From: Antedon mediterranea
Taxonomy: Eukaryota > Animalia > Echinodermata
NCBI RefSeq assembly: GCF_964355755.1
Contig: NC_092676.1
Location: 3,449,888 to 3,513,887, forward strand
Direction of reading: 5' to 3'
Length of the DNA stretch: 64,000 bases
The notes beneath the pieces were generated by a model, which made no database searches, had not been told where the DNA came from, and saw nothing but the letters and a program-made list of their open reading frames with translations. Position numbers and translations under genes: made by a program. Shown here one piece after another: positions 36,560-49,800 of this stretch (position 1 is the stretch's first letter; each line of letters starts with the position of its first letter).

Positions 36560-37135
36560 ATAAATTGACCACTGAAACAGACAGTGAAAATGAGTATGAT
36601 TATGTGGAAACATCAAACATAGGAGCCAAAGTAAAAGAAGGCTCTGCAGAATATATTTAAGGTTGTTGATGACAAGTGCCTGATTATATTCTATAGTATA
36701 TTTCACTGTTGTAGTGCACAATCCTATACTTTTACAGAACATCAAGTCGACACCAGTCGACATCAAGTATTATACGTACGTACAAATCCATTACACGTCA
36801 AATGTCAACAATGTTCGAGATGACGTTTCAATGCAGGTTTACACACAGCATCCATTACTATCACGCATCATTCCATTACAGACAACAAGTCATTTGAAGT
36901 CATTGTCATTTGCGTATTTGCAATTTTACTCCTAGTTTCTGTAATAACAATTATAAGCATATGTGTGTATTTGCAAAAAACAAAAAAGAAAAACACAATT
37001 CCTTCAGATCGACTCTCGAATAATCGACAGTTAAATAATGTTGGGCACGTTTACGATTATATTACATCATCTGGCATACACGTAACCACGACAGCCAATG
37101 ACGAAGTTCAGTATGATTATGCTATTTACCCAGAC
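36560..37135 (+). pseudogene. g9: scrambled receptor remnant (tail fragment, then signal peptide, stalk, TM and T2 tail fragments)
   Basis: acagacagtgaaaatgagtatgattatgtggaaac (tail) is followed by acaagtgcctgattatattc...cacaatcctatacttttacagaacatc (signal peptide), then by sequence matching g7 28660-28885. Confidence 0.75.
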
Positions 37136-37768
37136 GCAATTTTTTTTTTCGTACATAAGTTGGGGACCCCCTCATGAAACGTCACAAAATAAACATGAAT
37201 TATTCATCAGTTAAATTTTCTTGCTCCGTGTGCACCCAAGCGTATAGCAACAAGAACAACAACTGCGGTGACGATTCTAGGCCTAGGCGATTCTCCACTG
37301 TGTTTGCGGCGTGCGATTTCATAAAAGAATAGCGGCGTTTTGTGTGGATTGTCGAAATAATCTGTCTTTAGTTTTTGAGTTTTTTTTTAATAGACTTTAT
37401 TACTAAAGAATTACGTGTTAAAAATATAGTTTCTATTAATACCATTAGGCCTAATTATTAGTCTCTAAAGCTCGTGTCTATTCTAGTAGTCTGTGTGGTG
37501 GGTGTGCGTGTTAGGTACTCCGAGTAATAAGTCAGCAAAATTAAACAATTACATTACACACAATTTATTCTCGTGTTCATATACGCGCATTTGAGTACAT
37601 GCATATTGTTTGATAATAAAATAACAGAATTAAAAAATTACAGTACACAAAATTATACACATTCTTTATTCTCGTGTGTCTAAACTTTCTTTGGGCTATG
37701 ACCAATACTACTTAGTTGAATGTGTCTTGCCTAGCTGTCGATTAGTCTCGACACATTTTGCATAGTGG

Positions 37769-37805
<37 letters not shown>

Positions 37806-37984
37806 GAGTGCGCCAAGGCAATCACGTGACTAGGCATAAGTAGAATCGTATCGCAGTTGTAATAATCACTTGTTGCTATACGCTTGGGTGCACACGGAAC
37901 AACAAATTTAACTGATGAATTATTCAAGTATATTTTGTGACGTTTCATGAGGGGTCCCCAACTTATGTACGAAAAAAAAATCGC
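37136..37984. mobile_element. Non-autonomous MULE/Mutator-like element with an internal (GT)n tract
   Basis: TIRs of about 115 bp (tttttcgtacataagttggggacccc...). 9-bp flanking duplication tacccagac / tacccggac. Confidence 0.8.
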
Positions 37985-40900
37985 TACCCGGACACACATC
38001 GACTGAACGTTATATGTAGTAGTAATAGCAAATATACGGTATAATTATAATCGCAATATTATCGAAAACTCTTATACTAATCCTAGGCCTATATTATATG
38101 AAAAATCCTGGCATTGAGCGAAATAGAAATAAGAAATAAATAATAATAAAAAAGAAATATATCCAGTTGATAATAGCATGATACTGATAATTATATTTTT
38201 TAATGTTTCACTATAGCCCGTATTGGGCCCGTATTAGCCTCAATTTTTCTGACAATCATGCAAGTATTAGCATTTTTTTGTAGTGCTTGAAACAACAGTT
38301 AACGACAATTATTATCGTCTTATGATTATTATAAATGTAGTAGTTGTATTTTTGGTGTACAACAATTAATTCAAAATTACGTTTATTATGATTAGAAAAA
38401 ATAACAAGAATGTGGATTGTATGAGATTTATCAAATATCATTGTGTTTGTTGTTTAAGGAAGTAAATCAAAATTATTTTATAAAGAAAACGTTTGGAATG
38501 AAAATGAAGAAGAAGAAAGAGTTTTACCAACGATTAACAAGAATGTGAGACTTCTTGAAACAAGGAGAATAATGTAAAAGTTTTAAAGTTTATTCTTATA
38601 AATTAAATTTATATATATGTGTTCACAGGAAATCATATTTTGAGGCAAAGTTCCCAGCCATAATGAGACTCCTTGAGCTTTAATATTTTTATATTTTTCG
38701 ATGTCCTTAACTCAGTTTTATATTAATGTCGTTTACTGTTTTTATATTTAATTGTCTATAGATTTTATACATTTTTATATATATGCAAATATTTTCAAAT
38801 AAATTTTAATCTTTTTAATGTATTACGGTTTCAGCCTTTTGGCTATTTGTATCATGGATCGTCTGTTTTTAGACAAATAAATGAATTATTATTATTATTA
38901 TTAGTGTTAGTGTTATTAATATTATTATGCGATATGTGTAATGTTTCTTTATGACGCATTCGTGAACACTGTAATCAGAAAAAACATCAAATAAAATAAA
39001 AAAAGGGCTGTTTCTAAGTTGCTACGTTTTAATGATAAAAGGGTTAATTGGCCAACAAGAGGTGAACATTAGCTTGGTGACTTTATTTCTTAGTAAAGTA
39101 GAACATTATCAATCAACAAACTGAACTGTTGCCATTGATTGACTTCCCACCCAAATTGTTCCCGGGACAAGAACGTTTGCTCTTTACATACAAAATAGAA
39201 TGGTATTCTACAGTTATAGGGGCGGTATACAATACTAGAAAAATGTTGAATGCTTCCTCATGATAAACTGTGTAGTGTAGTTGACAAAAGTACATTTTTC
39301 TACAATATTAATAAAATATTGTATGAGCATTATTTTATAACATTTGTATAAACATCAACTCGGGAGAGAGAGAGAGAGATAAAACAGACAGCGGAAATAA
39401 ATATGACTGCGTGACGTCAGCAATGGAAACGATGACCACTAAAACAGACACTACGAATGAGTATGATTATGTAGAAACATAGGTGCAGCCACGGTGAAGA
39501 ACGATTGTCACATGAGGAAGCCAGTAAAAACGGAAAGATAGGCGTACTGTATGTAAAAACTCAAATGTTGATGCACATTTTGAAGAATGTGTACTAAACG
39601 TTGAAACTTCATATTCAAATATAATTTATTATAAAAACAACCTCAAAAATGATGGGAAAACATTAAAAGTGAAACAATTAATTTATTTTACTTTAGATTT
39701 TACTTGCCTTTCGGTTCAATGCTCAGTATATAGCTTCGTTCACACGGAAGACGGCTTCATTCAACCCTTTACAGGATTTCCATTATTTAACAGAACAGCG
39801 CCGTTTTCAACTTCGTGTGAATATAACTTAAAAAATCATCTAAAATTACAAATCTTTACTTCAATTGAATATTCCGTAATACAGCATCACATTTGAATCA
39901 CATGTATCTCCTAGTATATCATAGACCATAACCTAACCATTAACCTATAACCTTATTCATAATACAGACACCACTGTGGCGGTACACATGAGATGCTGTT
40001 TAATTCGGAATGAGTCCTATGATACACCATGTCGTATGTAGAGATACTGCACTGAGAATCAGGTAGTTAATTAGTCTGCTGATTTGGGTCAGCCAATCAC
40101 GAGGCTTAGTCATATTCTGGTTAATTTTTTGGAAATGTCTAAGCTATGAATTAAAGTTAAAATTGAAGGGGTGTCTTCGGCTTTCGGGAATGTACCAATT
40201 TTAGTTTTCGGTCCTAAACATAGTGTCACAACATTCTATTTAAATATAGTACTCATAGCATATAACTAAAATAAACGTTTATTTTATAAACTCACTTTGT
40301 ACTTTATCAAATGAATTGTTTCACAAACAAAAATGTTGAAACTGAAACTTACTGGTAATAATTTAAGAAAACATCACCGAATTGTTGTAGTCACGAACAC
40401 GTCAGGTGTGTCAAAGTTTTAAAAGGATGTTTTTATTTGTTACTAAATAATCTTTGCGAAAGAGATACATGCTGCTTTTCATTAGAGGTCTCTAACTAAT
40501 GCATATTAGAAAATACTGTTTGTATTTTAGAATCTATAAGATTACAACACAATTATTTCAAAAGGAGCAACAACAAAGATGGAAAAAACAAAGTTTTGCT
40601 TATCAGTACGATTTTAACAAATTACTGTCACTGTTCCAAATGTTACGTCATGTCATGTATTTATTTTACATATTTCTTTATAAACTTAGGTGGCTTCCTT
40701 TATACGATGTCATGAGACATTTATATCGATTTAAATTGAAGAAACCGACGAAAACCAATTTAGAAAGTCAGCATAGAAATCAGGAAAACAAATGGAAAAA
40801 AAGTTAGTTAAAATGGATAAAACTTAAAAAAAAAACAACTAATCGGTCAATTGTTGAGTACAAAAAACTGTAAAAGAATACAATATAAGTTACAGTAAAA

Positions 40901-41699
40901 ATTTCCATTGAGGCCTATTTTATCACATTTTCTTATCAGTGCAGAATAGCGTAAACCAACCAAGTTTCTCCCCCCCCCTCCCCCACCAAAAAAAAAAGAA
41001 GAGTATTAGGCCTACAACCAAAGTATCACGAAATGTAAGAATAGTAAAGCAACATATAAAAATACATCTTAATTTAACGGTTAACACCACATTTTTCTAC
41101 GACAGGCAAGATAAAGTTATGTTGAGTGTTTTAACCAATCACAGTCACGAATTACTCAGCATTTACAACTTAAACTCTCACTCACCATAACGGCTTAGTA
41201 TATCACGCCCTCTGGAGGAAAAAACTGACAACGTATTAGGAAAGTATTTTAAAGTATTACATCATTAATGTTGAATATTCAGTGGCGCTATTTCCTGGTA
41301 TTTTATTTCTGCAGTAATCAAGTGTATCTGGTGCTGAAGTAGACCATTCCAACTTATATAACAAAAAAATAAAGACACAAGTGCCAACGTTCAATGATTG
41401 CTACGAATACAGGATCTAACCGTATATGAAGTTATTTAATATTGGATATAATGTTGGATTGAAGTGTTTATAAACTGAGTACCATTTGCAGCATACGTGT
41501 GTAAAAGCAAACATTATTTAATGTCTAAAATATAATTACTGGTGTCTTTGAATCGTCGGAATAAAGAATATAATTTATATGAATGTTTGCGTAAATCTCA
41601 ATTTGATAAGGAAGTTCCAATATTCGGACGTCAATCGAGGCGCCTTAGTCAGTACTGTACTATTCCTATTATAACAACGCGTGGGAACATCGATTAAAA

Positions 41700-43694
41700 A
41701 TGGCTCATCATCAACATTGGACATTGCTGTTGTACAAGTGTCTGGTTATATTGTATGGTATTTTTTACAGCTGTTCTGCACAATCCTATGCTTTTACAAA
41801 ACAACCTCAACCTGTTCTTGTTGGACATGGAAATACAGCAACGTTATCGTGTGAATGGACACCAGAATTGAAGGAGGAAGAACATTACACGATATGGTCT
41901 TTCGACGGTGCTGGTGAGCCTCAACGAATTGATAAATTAGATAACAAACATAGTTTAACAACTGAATCGACCGTTTCAAATCTTTTCATTTTCAATATTA
42001 CTTCGTATGATGTCGGATACTACTGGTGTACTATCTTTGACGGTAAAAACTACAAAAATTCTGAAAGTACGTATATCGTTCAAGGAGAAATAACGTGCCT
42101 TCCAGAGAATGGTTATGGTGACATAGGAACAGTGATGTCTTGTTCTTATCCTTCTTCTTATCTTATAAATGATATTGATTTACGATGGTATAAAGACAAA
42201 AAAGCAATTACAACAAAACGACTGCACAATAATATTTTAGAATCAAGAGTTTTAACTGCAGAAGACGATGGAGTTTTATTTACATGCACAGCCATACTTT
42301 CATCAAATGAACATTTTGTGATGGGAACTTGTAAAACTACTCCTCTAATATTGACTATAGCTGCCAAGATTGAACAATCACCACCAGGTCCACTTCATGT
42401 TGGAGATAGCTTTAACCTTACCTGCTCAGGGAAAGGTAATCCTGATTATTATAATTATACATGGACGTGGAATGACAAACCTGTAGAATCGCCAAGTAAA
42501 AGTCGATTTGCAATAGATAATGTGTTTACTGTGAAGGGTGTATCAAGCAATGCCAATGGCAAAATAGTTACTTGTACTATTAGTCGTAGTGGTCATAACA
42601 GTAGTGTAGCAACCTATACAGTGAACATTACAGAGCAAATGACTACACGTTTGCGGTCGACATCTGGTACACGTACGCGCAACTCAATTACACGTCAACT
42701 ATCAACCGACGTCCCTCATGACGAGTCCCCAACAGTAATGACTACACGTTTACAGTCGACACCAGGTACACATACACACAAGCCCATTACGGTCAGACTA
42801 TCAACAACCAATTTCGCGCATGACGTTTCAACAGTAATGACTACACGTTTACAGTCGACACTTGGTACACGTGTGCACAAGTCAATTACATACCTATCAG
42901 AAACTAATATCCAGGATACTGATTCTACAATAGTAGTCATTGTCATCATTGGCGTAGTTGCGATAGCTCTTGTGAGTTTGATAACAGCATTTGTAATTTA
43001 CTTTTTAAAGAAAAGGCACACGAAACAGTACGACAAAAAAAAGACAAAACCCGAAAGTGTACCATTGGAAAAACCAGTGTACGGTAACACTGAACAAAAC
43101 ATTAACAGTTCTGAAATAGATAATGACCTGTGTGAAAATTTGGAAACAATGTACGCAGAACCTGACATGTCAGCAAATGGGTGCCATGTTAAATATGACA
43201 CGCCACAGGATGCAGTAAACATTGATAAAACTTATGATTCTTTAGGTAAGTCAATGAAACCTAATGAAGCAAGTGATTCTAAGCCGAGAAAAACGACAAG
43301 TGCTGAAAGTACAGATGCAATACAAGTAAAACCGATCAAGGCCCACAGTAAAGAAATTATTGAAGATTTGTATTCTAAGCCCAACAAACGGAATGCGAAA
43401 ACGCTGATCGAGGCCCACAGCCAAGAGAATATTGAAGATCTGTATACTAGGCCTAATAAACCGACTGCAAGCAGACCAACCAAGGCCCACAATGTTAAAG
43501 AAAGTCTGGAAGATCTGTATTCTAAGCCCAACAAACCAACGACAAGAACGCCAGAAATTACGCACGAAGATCCTACTAAGAAAAATGTAGAAGGCTTAAC
43601 GTACGCAGAAATAGAGTTTAAAAGCGGTACGTTCCCAGCTCCTGGACCACAGGACTACGGGCTTGATTATGCAACAGTACAGATTAAAAAGTAA
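41700..43694 (+). CDS. g10: IgSF receptor (V type E, tail T1 with two ITIMs)
   Basis: 664 aa ORF. Near-identical to g1 from GTCKTTPLILTIAAK onward; V and Ig2 are divergent. Confidence 0.9.
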   Translation: MAHHQHWTLLLYKCLVILYGIFYSCSAQSYAFTKQPQPVLVGHGNTATLSCEWTPELKEEEHYTIWSFDGAGEPQRIDKLDNKHSLTTESTVSNLFIFNITSYDVGYYWCTIFDGKNYKNSESTYIVQGEITCLPENGYGDIGTVMSCSYPSSYLINDIDLRWYKDKKAITTKRLHNNILESRVLTAEDDGVLFTCTAILSSNEHFVMGTCKTTPLILTIAAKIEQSPPGPLHVGDSFNLTCSGKGNPDYYNYTWTWNDKPVESPSKSRFAIDNVFTVKGVSSNANGKIVTCTISRSGHNSSVATYTVNITEQMTTRLRSTSGTRTRNSITRQLSTDVPHDESPTVMTTRLQSTPGTHTHKPITVRLSTTNFAHDVSTVMTTRLQSTLGTRVHKSITYLSETNIQDTDSTIVVIVIIGVVAIALVSLITAFVIYFLKKRHTKQYDKKKTKPESVPLEKPVYGNTEQNINSSEIDNDLCENLETMYAEPDMSANGCHVKYDTPQDAVNIDKTYDSLGKSMKPNEASDSKPRKTTSAESTDAIQVKPIKAHSKEIIEDLYSKPNKRNAKTLIEAHSQENIEDLYTRPNKPTASRPTKAHNVKESLEDLYSKPNKPTTRTPEITHEDPTKKNVEGLTYAEIEFKSGTFPAPGPQDYGLDYATVQIKK

Positions 43695-43879
43695 CGTAAT
43701 ATTGTTACGTAACCGTTACGTGTACAGTATTTACCGTTTACGTTGTAACAATTTTTAATACGTTTATCATTAACACATGTTGTAGAAATCAATATTAATC
43801 AATTTTCGGTATGTGGCGTAACCGTTTGGTCAAATCGTTTGTGTAGGCCTACATACACATTGCGTAAAACTAAGATTAA

Positions 43880-44815
43880 CACAGAACGTAATGAATTATA
43901 GGACATACGTCTCCAGCTCTAAATATGATTCTTGCCCAGTTGTACGATTTGCTGACGATACGGCGATGATTGGCTTGATTCAGAAGGACGATTGCACTTC
44001 ATATTTAAATGAGATTAATAATTTTGTAAAATATAGTAATGATAACTTTTTAGAATTGAATGTTGAAAAAACAAAGGAAATGATTATAGATTTTAGAAAG
44101 AAAACGAATAAATGTGATCTAGTTGACATAATGGGTAGACAAATTCAGAGGGTGGAAACATATAAATATCTGGGGGTTGTATTTAACAATAAATTGACGT
44201 GGAGTAACCACTTGGATCTCGTTATGAAGAAAGTAAATACTAGAATATACTGTTTAAGACAACTAAACAAGTTCAGTGTAAATAATAATATTTTGATTAC
44301 ATTCTATCAGTCTATTATTGTTGGGGTTTGGAAATATTGTATTGCAGGGTGGGGTGGAAATGTTACAGAGGGAGATAAGGGTAGAATTGATTGTGTGGTA
44401 AGAAGGGTTGAGAGGATGTCTGGTTTGTGTCAGCAGTCGGTGGATTCAGTTTATTGCGAGAACCTGGACAGGCTTTTTGGGATGGTGTTGAGGGATGAAA
44501 GTCATCCTGTGAATTCCGATTTAGGCAGTCTCAGGAGTGCTCGTAGTGGAAGATTGCGATCCGCGGCTGCTGACACAAACCGATATCTTTTCTCTTTTCT
44601 GCCCACATGTATCAGGAGACATCAGCGACATTCATCCAGATGAGCACCATGAAATAATATGTAATAATATGTTCTTGTTGTGAGTTTTTAATATTGGTAT
44701 TGTTGTATTGTCATGTTATTTTATATATTGTAATTATGATGTATTTGAAGACGAGCAATGTAAATTTTCTCCTTGTGGGAACGAATAAAGATTATACTTG
44801 ATACTTGATACTTGA
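43880..44815 (+). mobile_element. 5'-truncated LINE fragment, Rex1/Babar-like
   Basis: ORF 43891-44643 has RFADDT, LELNVEKTKEMIIDFR and YKYLGV. 3' end is aataaa plus (tacttga)3. Absent downstream of g1. Confidence 0.8.
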
Positions 44816-45010
44816 GCTACCTCCATAAAGGATATAGATTTGAAATAACAAACTACCACAATATCTATGTTAACGCGGACTGCTGTGAGTTGTTTCTGTA
44901 ACGTTGTATACAGTTGTTCATATAATTAATATAAAGTACCATAATATTCTATGATAATTTTCTATGATAAATAAATACATAAATAGGATGCATTACAGCC
45001 ACTATAAATA

Positions 45011-45372
45011 TTTTATTTTTTTATTCTATTTTTTATTTTTATTTTATTTTATGTCTTTAGGCAATGTGGCCAAGGATTACCAATAGTGAATTAATCACTG
45101 TCCTATCAGATAGGTGGTAATCCCCCTGATACAGGGGCTATTTTGTGAACCAGTTCACCGGGGTAACCCCCTACTCTTTTCGAATAATGAACTGGGTTCT
45201 TTAAAGTGCACACAGGTTATAACTGTGTAAACTGGACCTACGGTTTATAGTTCTTATCCGAGAAGACTTGTTCCACCACCAGAACTAGGAGCGAGTCGGC
45301 CTCGAACCCTTGCCGATGTTGTTGGCTCTTTAGGTACGGTAAACGACGCCCCTGCCTTAACCGCTCGGCCAT
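45011..45372 (-). mobile_element. tRNA-derived SINE with a Deu-domain-like core
   Basis: Minus strand: A box tggccgagcgg, B box ggttcgaggcc, core taaagaaccc...cgaaaagagtagggggttaccccggtg, A-rich tail. Empty site at about 3215-3230. Confidence 0.75.
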
Positions 45373-46836
45373 ATATAATTTAATAAAAGAACACTTGTTG
45401 CTAATTGTAAATATCAGATGTAAAGTCAAATAATTCTTAGATATCATAGCTTTAAATCCGTTTACTTAATAATAAACGTATTGTAGTTGAATTCGGTTGC
45501 TTATCTATTTTGGTATTTAATTTGAAATAATCAGTCTTGTGTTATGTAGGTCTAATTAACCTTGCGCATATAAATAAGTTACTTAATATATTTTCTATTT
45601 TAATGGAACTGATGTAGGCCAATACCGTTGTATTTTAATGAATACTAGCAGAACAAGAACATCAAAAATGGATTTTCATTTTTAGTATCATTATTATAAT
45701 TGATTTATATTGATTAGATAGCCTAATATTATTGATTATGAAATCGAAGATATTGATTTTTGTTGGTTTTTTTTAAGAGCAAACCATAATTGATTTACAT
45801 TGATTAGATAGCTTAATATTATTGATTATGAAATTAAAGTTATTGATTATGTATTTTATTTTGCTGTTATTGGTTTTTTTTTCAAGACCAAACCAAATGT
45901 GAATTATTTTTCGTTCTTGTATGAGGAAGCAAACTGAACAATTGTTTTGGAAATGAGGAGATTGAAACAACACTGACGAGATCAAGGAAGTACAGGAAAC
46001 AATAGGAAGATTTATTATTTATTAAAACAATGTACGAGGTTAGAGATTGGTGATTACATTAATTCCCTTTCTGTCGATGGTACCTACCCGAGTGTTCAAC
46101 AAATCCACACGGACTTCCGGAAAAAAGGGAATTCAACATGACAGTAATTCCTACATGATCAAACCAACAATAAAAATTAAATAATTAAAAAAGTTCAAAA
46201 TTAGTTGGAGATTGATCGTTACTTTCCTGTGGTAATTCGTTCAACTTAAAGCACTATCAAACTAGTGTGATGTTCCCAAATATGGTAGTGATATGCCTAA
46301 ATCTGGTAGTGGCATATCATGTCCATTATGGGCATATCACATTTTGTTGTCACATAAAGTTTGATAGTGTAGACAGAGCTTTTGTGTTTAAAAAAAATGA
46401 CCCACATTTCTTATTTTATTTAATATCCATATACAATTCTAATTTAATTTCAAAGATTTTTTGTGGTTCACCACCACATTTATTCATTAGATGTTTCATT
46501 ACATAATTTCTAAAAATTTTCTACCTTTTTTCATTATTTTCTGTTTTTTCCTCATTGATATCATAATTGTCATCTTTAGTATCAAACCATTAGTAAACAT
46601 TAACATTTATTTAGTATTTTGTTTTCTGAATTACTAAACATTAATACAAAGTATTTACTTCTAAACATTCCTTTTTTTTTGTTAAATCCTCTATTTACAA
46701 TAACCAATTGTATATTAATTAAAATACTTAAATTTTAAAGATAAAAACAAACAAAGTAACGCAAAAGGTCAAAGTATGTTGTTTTTGCTTTAGGTGTTTC
46801 TTAGCTTGTGGTTCATCAATATTTTACCTTGAATAT

Positions 46837-49800
46837 TGTAATAAATTACCATTCCCTAACATATAGAGTAACATAGTATTTACATGAACATTCTAGAATA
46901 AGATGTTTTGATTTAAGAAACCATGTATAATTAATAAGAACAATCAAGAACATTCCAGAAGTGCTATTAATAGAAACTGTAATCATGTAATAATGAGAAG
47001 TATAAAGAATGATCTAGAAGGATAGGAGCATCTTGTATATAAAGGGTTGTAAACTATTGTAAGGTTGTTGGATTAGAGGTTGGATTAGAGGTTGGATTAG
47101 AGGTTGGATGTTATATTGTAAAGTTATTGTGAAGCTGTTGTTTAAAGTGCTTACTGGATTGTTAAAAGTTGAAGTTGATTGAAATTAAAGCTTTGTTTTT
47201 GAGTTATTTTACAACTTTGTGGATTTTGTGTGTATACTTTTATGTCACAAGGGAGTTCCTAAAGTATTTTCAACCGCTCGGAAACATACGTGAGAGGAGT
47301 TCGTGACATAATTTGGTGGCAGCGGTTATTTCGATCTACTGTTCGACTTAACTGTGTATTTATCTACAGTACTGTTGTGATATTTTGTGGTAGCAGTTTG
47401 ATCTACTGTATTTTGTCATAGATTGGTGGCTGTTTTAGGATCAACTGTACTTTATTGATATTTTGTGAAAGCGGTACTTACGATACTGAGATATTTTACG
47501 GAAGCCGTGGTGCTACGTTTTGTTTAATCGTAAGTACACAAACATTGTTTTAAGAACAGTACATTGTTTATTTGGAACAGTAGACTTGTGAACGTCTCGG
47601 TAACTACGATTAACTAGTAACAAGACCCTCATCCAGATTTAAAATATGGCTGATAAACAATCAACAACAAGATCCGGTAGAGAATACAGCGGCGGCAATG
47701 AAACTGATTCAGATGTAGAATCAGTTCAATCAGTACAACCTGAACAACAGGCAGAAGAGTCTGGACCAACCAGTGGACATAACCCTACAGGGGCTGACTC
47801 ATTTTCAAAAGATTTTTTGTTGTTGATGCAGCAGCAAATGCAACAGCAGAATATTATGATGCAGCAGATGATGAAACAACAAGAACGTTCACGTCAAGAA
47901 GATAATGAAAGACGTCGGGAAGATATAGAGAAACAAGAACATTTGACAGGCAAAGCAAGAGCAGCCTATGCATCACTACCAGTGACAGAAAGTAACCAGT
48001 ACGACATAGTGAAGAAAGCAATATTACAAAGGTATGACATAACTGAAGAGACATATAGACAAAGGTTTAGGTCAATTAAAAAGAAAAGTGAAGAAAGTTA
48101 TAGAGAAATGTATGTTAGGTTGAAAGACTTATTTACTAAGTGGGCTAGGCCTGCTGATAAAAGCAAAGATGATTTAGCTGAAATTGTTATTTTAGAGCAA
48201 TTAATAGATATTATGCCCACAGGGGTACAAATTTGGGTTAAAGAACATAAACCAGATTCTGGATTAAATGCTGCAGAATTAGCAGATAATTATTTTCAAG
48301 CTAGAAAAGGTATCGATTTTGAGAAAAAGTTTCAAAATAGAAAACACGAAAATAGAAACAACAAGGAGAAAACAGTGAAAGGCACTCCTGAAGTTGACAG
48401 TAAGGGTAATAATAATCCCCCTGATAACTTTCATAAATCACAATCTGACGCTAGACAACCTCTCGTTTGTAGACGGTGCAAAAAAGTAGGCCACATAGAA
48501 CGATTTTGTCGAAGTAAGGATGGCTTTTTGTCGACAAAGACAGATACTGTTTCAAAACCATGTACACCTTACATTTGTAGAGGCCTAGTTGAAGGATGTG
48601 ATTGTGAAATTTTGATAGACTCTGGATGTGATATGACACTTGTTCATTCTGATTTAGTAGCGGCTAAGAAAATTAATCGCGCGGAGGAAGCTAAAATTAC
48701 ATGCAGGTGCGTCCATGACCATGTCCAAGCCTATCCTACTGCATTCGTCAATATTAAGGTTAATAACGAAGACCATAATTTGTTGGTTGGCGTTTGCAGC
48801 GATTTACCAAGAGATGTAATTCTTGGTAGAGACTTTCCTAAATTTGGAGACTTATTAGGGAAGGGGAATAAGAATCATGATAGGCATAGTTTTGTTGCCA
48901 CTAGAGATCATGCTAGAAAAGAAAAACTAAGAGAGGAAAACGAATTAAATTCGGAAAAAGCTTCTGGGGTTATTTCACATCAGTTAGATGATGTGGTTAA
49001 TTTTCAAGAAGAATTTGGACATTTAGATGGCCAACTACTCAGTAACAACCCCCCCAAGGAAAAAGTTCATAAAACCAGAAGTGAGAAACGAAAAGTTAGG
49101 AAAGAGTTTGCAAAAACAAAGGAAGCTCAATCTAGCCAAGATAGTGAATTAGACATTTTAGATATTGGCAGAGATAAAATTAAGGATTATCAGGTTAAGG
49201 ATAGAACTTTAATTTCACTTCGAGAACAGATGTTAGTACAGAAGGATGATGACACTATAAAGATAGTCTGTAAGGATGGAATTTTATTTAGGCAGGTTTT
49301 CACTAAACACCAGACAGAACCAATAGAGCAATTAGTAGTTCCATACCCTTGCCGTAATAGTGTATTGAAAGTCTCACATGATATTCCTTTGGCAGGTCAT
49401 TTAGGTAGGAAAAAGACATTAGATAGGATAAAGCAGAGATTCTTTTGGCCTGGTATTAGAAAGGATGTGACTGAATATTGCAACACTTTTGAGATTTGTC
49501 AGAAAACTTCAAAGTATAGAACTAAATTTAAGGACTTTATGATTCCTATGTCAGTAATTAGTGAACCATTCGGACAAATTTACATGAATGTTGTTTGTTC
49601 ATTATTAGTAATTATTAATAATTATGTTCCATGTTTTTATGGCGTATTTAAGTTTTATAGACTAGGAGTGGGTTAAATTTTGACACGTCCGTGTATACTT
49701 GCCCCTCAAAACTCCAAGAAAGAGTTTTGAGCTCAGAAAGAGGGGGGAGTGTAATAAATTACCATTCCCTAACATATAGAGTAACATAGTATTTACATGA

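Larger units (their letters stand above)
23209..41690 (+). repeat. Tandem segmental units starting at about 23209, 29928 and 38714 (a fourth begins at about 63251)
   Basis: Each starts agttttatattaatgtcgtttactg and shares about 2.5-3 kb upstream of g6, g8 and g10. 28660-29925 matches 36910-38710. Confidence 0.85.
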
